The translations under genes and the position numbers were made by a program. The notes under the pieces are model-generated. The model was not told where the DNA came from. It saw only the letters and a list, made by a program, of their open reading frames with translations, and searched no databases. Shown here piece by piece: positions 48,971 to 59,000 of a stretch of DNA of 64,000 bases (position 1 is the stretch's first letter; the number at the start of each line of letters is the position of its first letter). Origin of the DNA: a virus (lineage: Duplodnaviria; Caudoviricetes); IMG/VR virus record IMGVR_UViG_3300032321_001419, positions 2,327-66,326 of that record. The stretch is one strand, 5' to 3'.

Positions 48971-48977
48971 TAAGAAT

Positions 48978-49736
48978 CTATACTCGTGCGTCAGGCCAAA
49001 AAAAGTTAAGATTAATTGGAATATCTATACCCTCCCCAGTATAGTTTTCATCCTCAGGAGTGTATTTTAATTCAATATCTGGTTGTACTTGGGAATAATA
49101 TTCACGTAATGCTCTTGCATCTTTAGCAATTAAGAAATTATCTACAAAATCACGTATTGATTTTTGATCATGTTTTCCTTCTACTGAAGTGATAATGAAT
49201 TTTAATCGAGTTGTTACATCGTATGTAGCAGATGGATTAATTTTCTTTAAACCTTTAATTTCAGCTTCAATATCTTTTTCATCACCATGTGTTAATAATC
49301 TAAATGTAACTACATTTTTAGAAAATGGTAATTCAAATGTAAATTCATTTTTACCGGATTTAAATAATGATTCATCTATTTCTTTATCTTTTAAACCAGA
49401 TAAATCTACATTTGCTTCTACTTCTTCTCCTAGTTGATTAGCATATTTAAATGTATAATCTTTACCATATCCTAAAATACGAGCAGATATTAAAATAGCA
49501 TTTTTATCACCTACTAATAAATCATCATAATTAATTGGAGTAACAATTAATGCTTGTAATAATTTATCAATAACAGTACCTTGGCGAATATAGTTACTGT
49601 TAGTAAGGATATCTTCCTCTTTAGCAGTCATATATTTCATCTCAATAACTCCGGATGATAATGGATTTTCTTTTGGATACAATAAACCTTTTGATGGTAA
49701 TGTAACTTGTTCTGTTGGTAACTTTAATTCAGACAT
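48978..49736 (-). CDS. Tail/baseplate assembly chaperone (T4 gp26-like)
   Basis: TLPSKG, MKYMTAKEEDIL, LLVGDKNAILISARILGYG, FELP, FRLLTHGDE; lies between the tube and tape measure genes. Confidence 0.7.
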   Translation of the reverse strand: MSELKLPTEQVTLPSKGLLYPKENPLSSGVIEMKYMTAKEEDILTNSNYIRQGTVIDKLLQALIVTPINYDDLLVGDKNAILISARILGYGKDYTFKYANQLGEEVEANVDLSGLKDKEIDESLFKSGKNEFTFELPFSKNVVTFRLLTHGDEKDIEAEIKGLKKINPSATYDVTTRLKFIITSVEGKHDQKSIRDFVDNFLIAKDARALREYYSQVQPDIELKYTPEDENYTGEGIDIPINLNFFWPDARV

Positions 49737-49779
49737 ATAACGTTTTTAATTTTTGTGCGTATATAAATATATAAGAAAC

Positions 49780-49810
49780 AAAAAAGCTCACCAAAAGGTG
49801 AGCTCTTTTT
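49780..49810. terminator. Intrinsic terminator after the tube gene (bidirectional form)
   Basis: AGCTCACC-AAAA-GGTGAGCT flanked by A and T runs. Confidence 0.8.
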
Positions 49811-49826
49811 ATATATTGATTTAGTA

Positions 49827-50315
49827 TTAGTAGTTCAATACGCAATAGTCCATTGCTAGTGTTATACCTAATGAAATAGCTGCTTCACCACTTGACCAAT
49901 CGTATTCTCCAAAGTTTGCAGTTTTAACAAAAGCACCTTTAATGATCCATTCACCTACTACATCACCAACTGGACCTAAAATGTTTAAGGTTACATCTTT
50001 CTTGTAGAAATCTGAATAACCATCACGGCCTGTTACTGATTCGTGAGCTAAACGAGCCCATTCCATTACTGCTTGTGCACCTGATGGTGTAATTGGGTCG
50101 TATAATTCTAAAGTCATATCATTCCATCTTACTTTACCTTTAATTTTACGGTATACGTTGATATGATCTAATATGATTTCGTTTGCTTCGAATCCTGGAG
50201 CTGATGCTTTTTTAATTAAATAGGCAGGAATTCCGTCTATATACATAATAAAGCGATTGGCTACTTTTGGCTCAAAAGCTGTAAACATAATTTCATTTGC
50301 GTCTAATACTGGCAT
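49827..50315 (-). CDS. Tail tube protein (T4 gp19-like)
   Basis: FEPKVANRF, KKASAPG, WNDMTLELYDPI, QAVMEW, YKKD, W.IKGAF, LAMDY. Confidence 0.85.
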   Translation of the reverse strand: MPVLDANEIMFTAFEPKVANRFIMYIDGIPAYLIKKASAPGFEANEIILDHINVYRKIKGKVRWNDMTLELYDPITPSGAQAVMEWARLAHESVTGRDGYSDFYKKDVTLNILGPVGDVVGEWIIKGAFVKTANFGEYDWSSGEAAISLGITLAMDYCVLNY

Positions 50316-50452
50316 TTTATCTTTGTTTTAATTGTTAATCTTAGTTATTAATTATTACGTTAATAAATATATAAAAAAATAAAAAAACTATAATATTTAA
50401 TTTAATTTTATTCTTTGTTTTATTTAATAGTTATTAATAAATATTGATGTTT

Positions 50453-51244
50453 TTACAGTCCAAATCTAGATTTTTGCGCATTGTAATTTTGAAGTACATC
50501 TGCAGCGCTTAATGCTGTATTGTATACTTGCATTCCACCAAATCTCATATTAGCGTATGTTCCATCTCCTAAACTTGTACCATCAACAGCAGCTATCGCA
50601 TAAAATAATCCTACCCCACCGCCATTATTATATGGGGTTTGTCTTGTAATTGTACCACTTGTTACAGCAGAAGCTCCATTAACATATCCAACTAAATTTG
50701 TTCCGTTATACGTAAATCCCATATAATACCAATTATTTAAAGGAGTTGATATAGTTGATGATAAATTTTGCACCGCACCAGTCCAAACTGAAAATTTAAG
50801 TGTTCCTGCAACCATTTCTATTTGAGAATCATGCCAGCCTGTATTTATACTTGTTGTTCCTAACTCTGATACAATAACACCATTATCCATAGGGTAAGCC
50901 CATAAAAATATTGATATTATATTAGATGTATTTACTGGAGATAATTTAGAATTTAATGAAGTATTAGTTCCTAAATATTGATTACTACCGTTGAAAGTTA
51001 AATAACCGCCTCCTGAGGATGTGTATGTTGGGGTATTATATAAAGTAGCATTACTGCTTCCTGTTAAATCTGTAACTGTAGTTCCGCTACCTGGGTAACT
51101 TGAAACATCATTAATATTATAATTTAATATTAGTCCTGTTGTAACAATAGAGGCACCAATAGATGTAGTAAATCTACCACTATTAGTATTGTTTATTAAA
51201 GAAAATCCACCAGTATTATTTGTATTTGATAATGTTAAGGGCAT
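50453..51244 (-). CDS. LamG/concanavalin-A-like lectin-fold virion protein
   Basis: GLILNY...SYPGSGTT..DL, LTFNGSNQY, NWYYMGFTYNG, YVNG, QVYNTALSA.DV.QNY. Confidence 0.75.
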   Translation of the reverse strand: MPLTLSNTNNTGGFSLINNTNSGRFTTSIGASIVTTGLILNYNINDVSSYPGSGTTVTDLTGSSNATLYNTPTYTSSGGGYLTFNGSNQYLGTNTSLNSKLSPVNTSNIISIFLWAYPMDNGVIVSELGTTSINTGWHDSQIEMVAGTLKFSVWTGAVQNLSSTISTPLNNWYYMGFTYNGTNLVGYVNGASAVTSGTITRQTPYNNGGGVGLFYAIAAVDGTSLGDGTYANMRFGGMQVYNTALSAADVLQNYNAQKSRFGL

Positions 51245-51254
51245 ACATTAAGTA

Positions 51255-51443
51255 TTATTCTACTATTTCTAGTTGTTGTACACGATATTGTCTTCCAGTT
51301 TCATCAGCTGCTTGAAGTTCGTTAGCTTTTGCTACTGCTTCTTCCTCATTACCATATTGATAAATTGGATCTTCTGGTGTTAATTGAGCTACCCAAATTT
51401 GATCTAAACCTGGGATGAATTGCATTTGTACTTGGTAAATCAT
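51255..51443 (-). CDS. Hypothetical protein, 62 aa
   Basis: ORF with an upstream ATATTTAT motif. Confidence 0.55.
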   Translation of the reverse strand: MIYQVQMQFIPGLDQIWVAQLTPEDPIYQYGNEEEAVAKANELQAADETGRQYRVQQLEIVE

Positions 51444-51477
51444 AATCTATTTCTATTATATAAATATACGAAAATAA

Positions 51478-51512
51478 AAACAAAAGCCCTAACTTTTGTT
51501 AAGGCTTTGTTT
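51478..51512 (-). terminator. Intrinsic terminator after the sheath gene
   Basis: Minus RNA AAAGCCUUAAC-AAAA-GUUAGGGCUUU followed by UGUUUUUU. Confidence 0.75.
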
Positions 51513-51537
51513 TGTTTATTTGTTTAATTTTAATTCC

Positions 51538-53259
51538 TTATGCTGGGAATTGAGCTCCAGTTGGAAGGATATTGAAGTTTAATATGATAAATTCAGCAGT
51601 TTTAGTAGGTTGAATATAAATTGTACCTACTAATTGGTTTCTATCAATTACATCTGGTGTGTTGTTAGTATCATCCATTACTACTTTAAATGCATATAAA
51701 CCTTGACGTTGTACTACTGATTCTAAGTATGGATTAACTTGTGATAAGAAACGATTTCTTGTTACAGCTGTGTTTTGTTCGAATACTAATGTACGAGCTA
51801 CGTTTCCAACAAAGTATTTTAATGAAATTAACAAACGACGTACGTTTACTCTATCTAATGATGTTTGTTTACGTTGTAATGTTTTCTGACCAAATGCTAC
51901 AACTCCGTTTCCAGGGAATGTTGCTAATGGGTTAACATTTGCAGAATATAATGTATCGCGATCTGATTGTTGTAATCTACGTTCAGCTCTTACTACTGAT
52001 GGAATTCCACCACGATTTAAACCTGCTGGAGCAAACCATTCAGCACCTACTTGATCATTAAATGCATAAACACCACCCATTACTACTGAAGGTGGGCACC
52101 ATACTGTTTTACCTAAGTTTGTATTATATAATTGAACCCATGGGTAATAAGTAGCAGCATAATTACTTGATTGGCCTGCTGCTGCTTGTGTAGCACCAAC
52201 AATTGAAGTACCATAAACACCTGTACCAAGAATTGCAATAGCATCACCTCTGTCTTCAACACAAGCAATCATTGAGCTTGCTGCTGATGTATCTAAACCA
52301 ATACCAGGAGCTAATAATATATTAAATTGATATTCGTCTTGATTATTTAATAATGTAAATGCTGCAGTATAATCACCAGGAGCAAATCCTTGAATATTTG
52401 AAGTAGTGATATTTTCATTCATTAATTGTACTGTGGTTGTTGCAGCAACACCACCAGCAAATGAACCACCATATGAACCACTACCTAAGTTAGGTAAACT
52501 ACCACTATATGATCCTGATTTATAGAATCCGTTATTATCGATTGAATCTACGTTTGGAGTAACAACAGAAGCAACACGCACATATTGAGAAGCGTTTGCA
52601 TAAGAACCTGTATAATTTACGTATCCATTAGTTACATCGTATACTGGTTTTAAATCACCAATTACACGAGCAATATAATTAGGTTGTTGTGGGTCTAATG
52701 ACATATTAGCCCATGTTTCTAAAATATTAGGTTGAGCATTATTGTCATCACCACGACGAATTACTAAACCAAATGTACCTGAACCAGTATTAACGTTAGT
52801 AATTTCCCAACGAACGTTAGTAGCAGAACCACTTGCTAAAGCACCAGCTGAAAGTGAACTTGTATTGTTCATTTGATCACCCCATGCTAAAGTTTCTAGA
52901 GTAAAGGATGCGGTTGTATTATTAGCACCATTTAAAGCGGTTATAGTTGCAGTTGCATAAGTACCAATATTAGCTGAACCACTAATGATTCTAGTTACTA
53001 ATAATGTTTGACCTCCGTTTTGGAAGTAATCTTTAGCTGCTAAAGAAGTAAAGTACTCATAGTAATATGAAGCACTTTTAAATGTTTCACCAAAAATAGA
53101 TTGAAACTCGCTATATGAGGTAACGTAAGTAGGTACCATTGGACGACCTTTTACAGTTGGACCTACAATAGCGGCACCTATAACTTGAGGACCTTGAGTA
53201 TATGCACTCTGATCTGATTCATTTTGGAAAACACCAGGGGAGATAATTTTTTCTGCCAT
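51538..53259 (-). CDS. Contractile tail sheath protein
   Basis: IISPGVF..E.D, AAIVGPT.KG, YAATYYPWV, WFAPAG..RG, VNP, GQKTL, RVNVRRLL, FE.N, PTKTAEFI. Confidence 0.95.
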   Translation of the reverse strand: MAEKIISPGVFQNESDQSAYTQGPQVIGAAIVGPTVKGRPMVPTYVTSYSEFQSIFGETFKSASYYYEYFTSLAAKDYFQNGGQTLLVTRIISGSANIGTYATATITALNGANNTTASFTLETLAWGDQMNNTSSLSAGALASGSATNVRWEITNVNTGSGTFGLVIRRGDDNNAQPNILETWANMSLDPQQPNYIARVIGDLKPVYDVTNGYVNYTGSYANASQYVRVASVVTPNVDSIDNNGFYKSGSYSGSLPNLGSGSYGGSFAGGVAATTTVQLMNENITTSNIQGFAPGDYTAAFTLLNNQDEYQFNILLAPGIGLDTSAASSMIACVEDRGDAIAILGTGVYGTSIVGATQAAAGQSSNYAATYYPWVQLYNTNLGKTVWCPPSVVMGGVYAFNDQVGAEWFAPAGLNRGGIPSVVRAERRLQQSDRDTLYSANVNPLATFPGNGVVAFGQKTLQRKQTSLDRVNVRRLLISLKYFVGNVARTLVFEQNTAVTRNRFLSQVNPYLESVVQRQGLYAFKVVMDDTNNTPDVIDRNQLVGTIYIQPTKTAEFIILNFNILPTGAQFPA

Positions 53260-53343
53260 TTTGTATGATTAATTATTTATTATTTTAATTAGAATTTGTC
53301 TAGTAATAAATATCTAAAAAAATATACAAAACGCAAAAATTGA

Positions 53344-53619
53344 TTAGAGTGGAGTAATTTCTCCAGAAGCTAAATCAATATTACCAGCTCCGTATTTTTC
53401 TTGTAAAGAATCTACTAATTCTTTTTCTTTATCACCAATTGTATTCATATCACTTAAGATACTATTTTTTTCAGTTTTTAAAGATTCAGTTTGAGCTAAT
53501 AAATAATGCAATTGAGCTTCAACACTTCCTAATTCAAATACAGATTTATTGTATTGTGACTGTAGGTCTTTGATTGCTTCAATTTCTTCTTGTGTTAGTT
53601 GTTTTTTTAGATTTTCCAT
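53344..53619 (-). CDS. Small coiled-coil protein
   Basis: LTQEEIEAIK...ELG..E, KYG.G.IDL..GEI; probable start is MENLK at 53619. Confidence 0.55.
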   Translation of the reverse strand: MENLKKQLTQEEIEAIKDLQSQYNKSVFELGSVEAQLHYLLAQTESLKTEKNSILSDMNTIGDKEKELVDSLQEKYGAGNIDLASGEITPL

Positions 53620-53831
53620 TTTTTTAAAGGACATGAGTTAATAGGTGAGTAGATTTTCTTGGATAATGGGCAACCACATTCATCACAATAGAAGAATTTT
53701 AAATGATCGTTATGCTTTTTTTCAGGACATTCGTCACATATAGCAGAACGAGACAATGCTTTTTGTTCTTCTTCTAGTGTTGGATTAGCTGCTATTATCC
53801 AAGCTTTAGCTATCTCTACTAACTTGTTCAA
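53607..53831 (-). CDS. Small Cys-rich (Zn-binding) protein
   Basis: CDEC...CDECGC...CPLKKW. Confidence 0.6.
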   Translation of the reverse strand: MNKLVEIAKAWIIAANPTLEEEQKALSRSAICDECPEKKHNDHLKFFYCDECGCPLSKKIYSPINSCPLKKWKI

Positions 53832-53846
53832 AACTAGTTAATTTGT

Positions 53847-54110
53847 TTATTTTGTTGATTTTTTGCCTTTTCGTTTATCGCCTTTAGCTGCTTCAACAAC
53901 ATCTTTAGTTTGTTTAGCTACTTCTTTAACGGCTTTAACTACATCAGCAGTTTCTTCAGATACGCGTTTAGCACGTTCTTTTACTTTTTTTACTTTTTCA
54001 TCAACAACATCTGGGATATTGTTTCCGTCTTTGTCTTCGATTTTGCCAAATTTCATTAAGGCAAAAATTGCTGCAACAGCTACTAAAGCTGAAATGATAA
54101 AAATTGTCAT
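53847..54110 (-). CDS. Membrane-anchored protein with a DxDGxxxPD motif and Lys-rich amphipathic tail
   Basis: N-terminal TM helix, then DKDGNNIPD. Confidence 0.55.
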   Translation of the reverse strand: MTIFIISALVAVAAIFALMKFGKIEDKDGNNIPDVVDEKVKKVKERAKRVSEETADVVKAVKEVAKQTKDVVEAAKGDKRKGKKSTK

Positions 54111-54114
54111 AGTT

Positions 54115-54294
54115 TTATTTTTTTGTTTTTGATTTGGTTACTTTTTTAGTTTTGGATTTTATAGGATTAATTAAATCATAATTTTCTACAGGTGTTCTTT
54201 CTTCTTCTTCTGAATATGAAAAATGTTTGATTGCGTAATTAGCTCCTAATGCTGCTAATGCGGAGCAAAAAATGATAATTAATACTGTTGCCAT
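54115..54294 (-). CDS. Small membrane-anchored protein, 59 aa; not in the track
   Basis: MATVLIIIFCSALAALGANYAIK...KSKTKK*, with promoter motifs directly upstream. Confidence 0.55.
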   Translation of the reverse strand: MATVLIIIFCSALAALGANYAIKHFSYSEEEERTPVENYDLINPIKSKTKKVTKSKTKK

Positions 54295-54333
54295 AAATTT
54301 TTGTTTAAAAATTGATTAAATTAGTTGTCGTAT

Positions 54334-54366
54334 ATAAATATATATACCTTTTAGGAGACAACCAAA
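54334..54366 (-). promoter_or_regulatory. Overlapping Bacteroidota-type promoter and ATATTTAT motif
   Basis: TTTG-N20-TATATT (54337-54366) overlapping ATATTTAT (54334-54341). Confidence 0.45.
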
Positions 54367-54367
54367 T

Positions 54368-54934
54368 TTATTTAAGAATCTTTACTTTATTTGATATCAC
54401 ACCTAAATTTATTGGAAAATATAAAAATCCTCCGTCATTTACAAAAGGTAAATATTTAGTTGTTAATGTATCTGTTAGTTCTTCTGTTAGTTCTTCACAC
54501 CACCATATATCTAAAACAATTATATCGTATGTTTTTGATGGGGTGTATGTTAAAATATCATCATTTATAATATTTACATTCTCATTTAAATAACCTAATT
54601 GATTATTTATATTAATAACATTTTGATCTATTTCAACAACATCAACTTGTGCAAAATCTTGAGAAACATATGCTTGAGTTCCTAATCCTAATCCACCTAT
54701 TAAAATTGAACTATAATTAATATCTAATAATTCTTGAGAATATATAAGAATATAATCAGGATTATCCATTATACAATCATTATTAGGATACCATAATTCT
54801 AAATAGTTTACTCCTGCTCTATTTTTTAGAATATATCCATTAATATTTAAAGGTTCATTTAATATATGTTTAAATATACCTTTAGAATCAGTAGAGTAAA
54901 GAAATGTATTTAATAAATTATCTTTATTTATCAT
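54368..54934 (-). CDS. Class I SAM-dependent methyltransferase / spermidine-synthase-like protein
   Basis: ILIGGLGLG, VDVVEID, IINDD, YDIIVLDIW. Confidence 0.7.
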   Translation of the reverse strand: MINKDNLLNTFLYSTDSKGIFKHILNEPLNINGYILKNRAGVNYLELWYPNNDCIMDNPDYILIYSQELLDINYSSILIGGLGLGTQAYVSQDFAQVDVVEIDQNVININNQLGYLNENVNIINDDILTYTPSKTYDIIVLDIWWCEELTEELTDTLTTKYLPFVNDGGFLYFPINLGVISNKVKILK

Positions 54935-54946
54935 AATGTGTTAAAA

Positions 54947-56029
54947 TTAAGTACTTATACTTATACCAGCAGTCATATAAATTGTTCCGCTATGTCCTCC
55001 TGTTACTGTATAAACTGCTTCTGCTGATGCATTTAGTCCGCTTGCTGTTTGTGATGCATATTGTCCGCCTCCAAGTGTAGAACCTATTTGAGCACTAGCA
55101 TTTCTACATGGACCAGCAGGTGCTTTTGGTCCAATTGTGTGTTGTACGGTAAGAGTATCACCAACTAATGCGGTAAATGTTCCACTACCATCTGTGTTAC
55201 CACCAGCTATAGATCCAAGTCTACTTGATATAATTGAGAAAGTGTTACCTGTACATCCTGTAATACCACCCGCTGACCAATTGACTGTAAATCCTACTGA
55301 TGGAGATGCAGAAGGTGTTCTTGTAGGTGTGACTGTTGGTGTTAATGATGGAGAAGCAGCAGGTCTAGATACACTTATAGATGGTGTAACTGATGGTGTT
55401 CTAGTAATACTTGGTGTTAAGCTTATACTTGGTGTTAGAGTAATAGATGGAGTAATTGAAATTGATGGTGTTATACTTGGGGTTCTTGTAATTGAAGGAG
55501 TAATAGATATACTTGGTGTAATTGATATACTTGGTGTAATACTTGGAGTAATTGATATTGAAGGTGTTATACTGATACTTGGGGTTATAGATATTGATGG
55601 TGTAATACTAGGCGTTCTAGTGATTGATGGTGTAATTGAGATTGAAGGTGTTATTGAAATTGATGGTGTAATTGAAATTGATGGTGTTATACTAGGTGTT
55701 AATGTTATACTTGGAGTAATAGTAATTGATGGTGTAATAGACGGTGTTAATGAAGGTGTTCTACTTACAGTAATAGTAGGAGTAATTGATGGAGTAATTG
55801 TAATTGAAGGTGTTACTGAAGGTGATGTTGGAACAGCAGCATGATTATAACCATACCAACTACTAATTGTAAATGGGGCACTTGGTGTTGGTTTATAAAA
55901 TGAGTTTTGATTTATAGCAATGTATAATCCTAAAGAAGAAGAAGCTAATGTTAAAGGAGCCTGAGATGGTATTCCCAACTCAGTCCTAATATCATTCATT
56001 CCTAAGCTTCCGGATAATGGTAAGGTCAT
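54947..56029 (-). CDS. Distal tail-fibre/adhesin-type virion protein with a mucin-like Ser/Thr/Pro tract
   Basis: N-terminus MTLPLSGSLGMNDIRTELG, as often seen after S74 fibres; central TPSI(x)(x) repeats; beta-rich C-terminal domain; translationally coupled to the fibre gene. Confidence 0.65.
   Translation of the reverse strand: MTLPLSGSLGMNDIRTELGIPSQAPLTLASSSLGLYIAINQNSFYKPTPSAPFTISSWYGYNHAAVPTSPSVTPSITITPSITPTITVSRTPSLTPSITPSITITPSITLTPSITPSISITPSISITPSISITPSITRTPSITPSISITPSISITPSISITPSITPSISITPSISITPSITRTPSITPSISITPSITLTPSISLTPSITRTPSVTPSISVSRPAASPSLTPTVTPTRTPSASPSVGFTVNWSAGGITGCTGNTFSIISSRLGSIAGGNTDGSGTFTALVGDTLTVQHTIGPKAPAGPCRNASAQIGSTLGGGQYASQTASGLNASAEAVYTVTGGHSGTIYMTAGISIST
55300..55830 (-). 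repeat. Imperfect 12/18-bp tandem repeat encoding about 30 TPS units (TPSI, TPSISI, TPSITR, TPSITL)
   Basis: Repeated plus-strand units such as attgatggtgtaatt and atacttggtgtaatt. Confidence 0.9.
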
Positions 56030-59000
56030 TACTTATTTTTGATTATGTCTTGTAACTCTTTAATTTGTTCCTGTTGTTCTTTAATAGCTTGTATTAATAA
56101 AGGAACTATTTTTTCGTATTTAACGGCTTTATATCCATTATCACGAGTAGTTACTACTTCAGGTAATATACTTTCAATTTCTTGAGCAATAATTCCAACA
56201 TCATGTCCTTTAAATCCATGTAAAGATACTAACTTTTCTTCAGTTTTCCAATCAAATGTGTAACCACCTATTTTATCTAGTTTGTCTAAAGCATTTGGTA
56301 TTGGGGTGATATTTTCTTTAAATCTAATATCTGAAGTTGAAAATGCTACAACATCATTAGAGGCATCAATTCTACCAACTGTTGCTGATGGATTAATAGA
56401 ACCTACTGCTAAACTTTGTCCCATAGTAATACCTCCACTACCACTTATAGTCATTCTTACAGCAGCTGTACTAACATCTATGAATCGTAAAGAAGGTGTT
56501 GAAGTATTACCATAAACATCTATATACCAACCGTTAACACCATCTAAAGCTCTAGCAAAACTTACTTGTCCTCCTTCATTTGTATTATCAATTCTTCCTG
56601 CAAATATTTCTCCATTATAAACATTTAAACTTCCTGTTATATTAACAGATCCTGTAAATACTTGAGTATTTGCTAATGAGTTTCCAAATACGTTAGATCC
56701 ACTACTATATATAACACTACTTGTTATTGTTTGTACAATTAATGTTTGTGCTGTAAGTGTGCCTGTTGAAGTTAGTGAACCTGATAGAAATAATGAACCT
56801 GTTACTGAGTGGTTATCGCTTGGTTGATTTCCTATTTTAGTCCCTGTATCTGTTACTTGAAAATCAATTGCACTGCCTGAAAATACTGTTAATGAACTAG
56901 AAATTACTGTACTTCCTGTTACTACTAGAGATCCTGAGATTAATACACTTCCAGCAACATCTAAATAATATCCTGATGTAATACTACCTTTACCTAAACC
57001 TAATGAACCTGTGGCACCATTAGCTACTATTCTATTTGTACTTATGTTAGCAGTTCTAACTCCAACACCTGTTGCTACGAATAATGGATATCTTAAAGCA
57101 TCTAATGCATTACCCGAAACATTTATAAATGATGCAGTATCTGCTAATGAAGCAGTAGCAGCATATGATGCACTCAACACAGACATTGAACTAGTTTGAC
57201 TGTTTTTAACAAACGAACTAGTAACACTATTTAAACTAGATGTATATGTGTTTATACTTGAGGTATAGGCATTTAATGAAGATGTAGTTGCATAAGTACC
57301 ATTTAAGTTATTTTGAGATGCAGTATATGATAATATACTTGCACTAAAATTATTTAAACTTGAAGTATAAGCATTAAGTGCAGTAAATGTTGCGAAGGCT
57401 CCTGTTTGAGAGTTTTGTACAAATGAACTTGTTTGTGAATTTAACACAAATGAGCTAGTTGCGGTATTTAATGAACTAGTATAAGAATTTATACTTGATG
57501 TATAAGCATTAAATGAACTTGTTAATAATAATGATCCAGTATCTATATTTTGAGTATTAAGAGCAAATGAAGCTGTTGCAGCAAATGATGCACTTAATAC
57601 AGACATTGAAGATGTTTGTGAGTTTAATACAAATGCTCCCGTTTGATTTGTTAAGATAACATTACTTCCATTTACAGATAACGAACCTGAAATACTAATA
57701 CTTCCACTTAAAGATGCTGCTCCACTAGTATATAAAGATCCTGTGAATATTAATGTATCTGCATTTGTACTCAACAGAGTAGTGCCGGAGGTACCAGTGA
57801 ATGTGGTTGAACCGCTTACATTTAAAGAACCAGTGATATTTTCAGTTCCTATAAAATTATTAGATCCTGTTGTTGCAAATGAAGATGTTTTAGCATTTAG
57901 ACTTGATGTATAAGTGTTTATACTAGAAGTATAAGCATTTAATGCTGTGAATGTAGCAAAAGCACCAGTAGCACTATTTAAAGAACTTGTGTATGTATTA
58001 ATACTGCTTGTATAGGCATTTAATGCTGTAAATGTTGCAAACGAAGATGTTTGAGAGTTTTGAACAAATGAAGATGTTTGTGAGTTTAATACAAATGAGC
58101 TTGTTTGATTTGTTAATACAGCATTTGAACCATTTACAGATAATGAACCCGTTATAATAACAGATCCTGTTAATACTTGTGTATTGGCTAAATCATTACC
58201 AAACCTATTTGAACCACTTGAGTATATTACACTTGATGATACAGTTTGTACAACTAATGTTTGTGCTGTAATAGTACCTGTTGAAGTTAATGAACCTGAT
58301 AATAATAATGAACCTGTTACTGTATGATTATCAGAAGGAGCATTTCCTATTTTAGTACCAGCATCTGTTACTTGAAAATCAATTACACTACCTGAGAATA
58401 CTGTTAATGAACCTGATATTAATGCATTTCCTCCAACATCTAGAATATAACCTGATGCTATAGTAGATTTATTAATACCCATTGAACCGGTAGCTGAGTT
58501 TACTATAAACCTTTGTGTAGTTATGTTAGGAGTTCTATTTCCTGCACCTGTTGCTGCCCATACTAAATATCTTGTAGCATCTCCTGTATTATTAACGACT
58601 GCTATTGTTGTTGCAACATCTGCTGTTGTTGCTAATGACGCGGATCTTGCATATGATGCACTTAAAGCATTTGAAGCATATGATGCTGTTCCTGTTAAAT
58701 TTCCTGTAAAAGAAGGTGCTAATATTGCAACTGAGGATGAAACTTGAGAGTTATTTATTTCAAATACAGTACTTCCTATTGGTGCTGGGTTAGATCCTGT
58801 TACTACTGATCCAGTATATTGATATCCTAAACTGTTATATGAATTAAATTTAAATGTACCAGGAAAATTACCAAATGTTAGACCTTGATTGTAGTATGGA
58901 TTATTAATAATATATGAACTTTTATAAATTCCGGATGGTTGGTTTTCATCAGTATTATAACTCCAGAATTCAATACTTGTTCCTGGAACTTTACTTCCAA

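Noticed and set aside
19048-51935. Nested minus-strand alternate-frame ORFs 19048..19245, 44820..45041 and 51741..51935
   Set aside because: Fully inside longer conserved genes and compositionally unlike real proteins.
55137-55844. 235-aa plus-strand ORF of GVI(L/E)(I/V)D repeats
   Set aside because: It is the antisense shadow of the TPS repeat, whose codons lack stops on the opposite strand; it has no promoter context and all real genes are on the minus strand.
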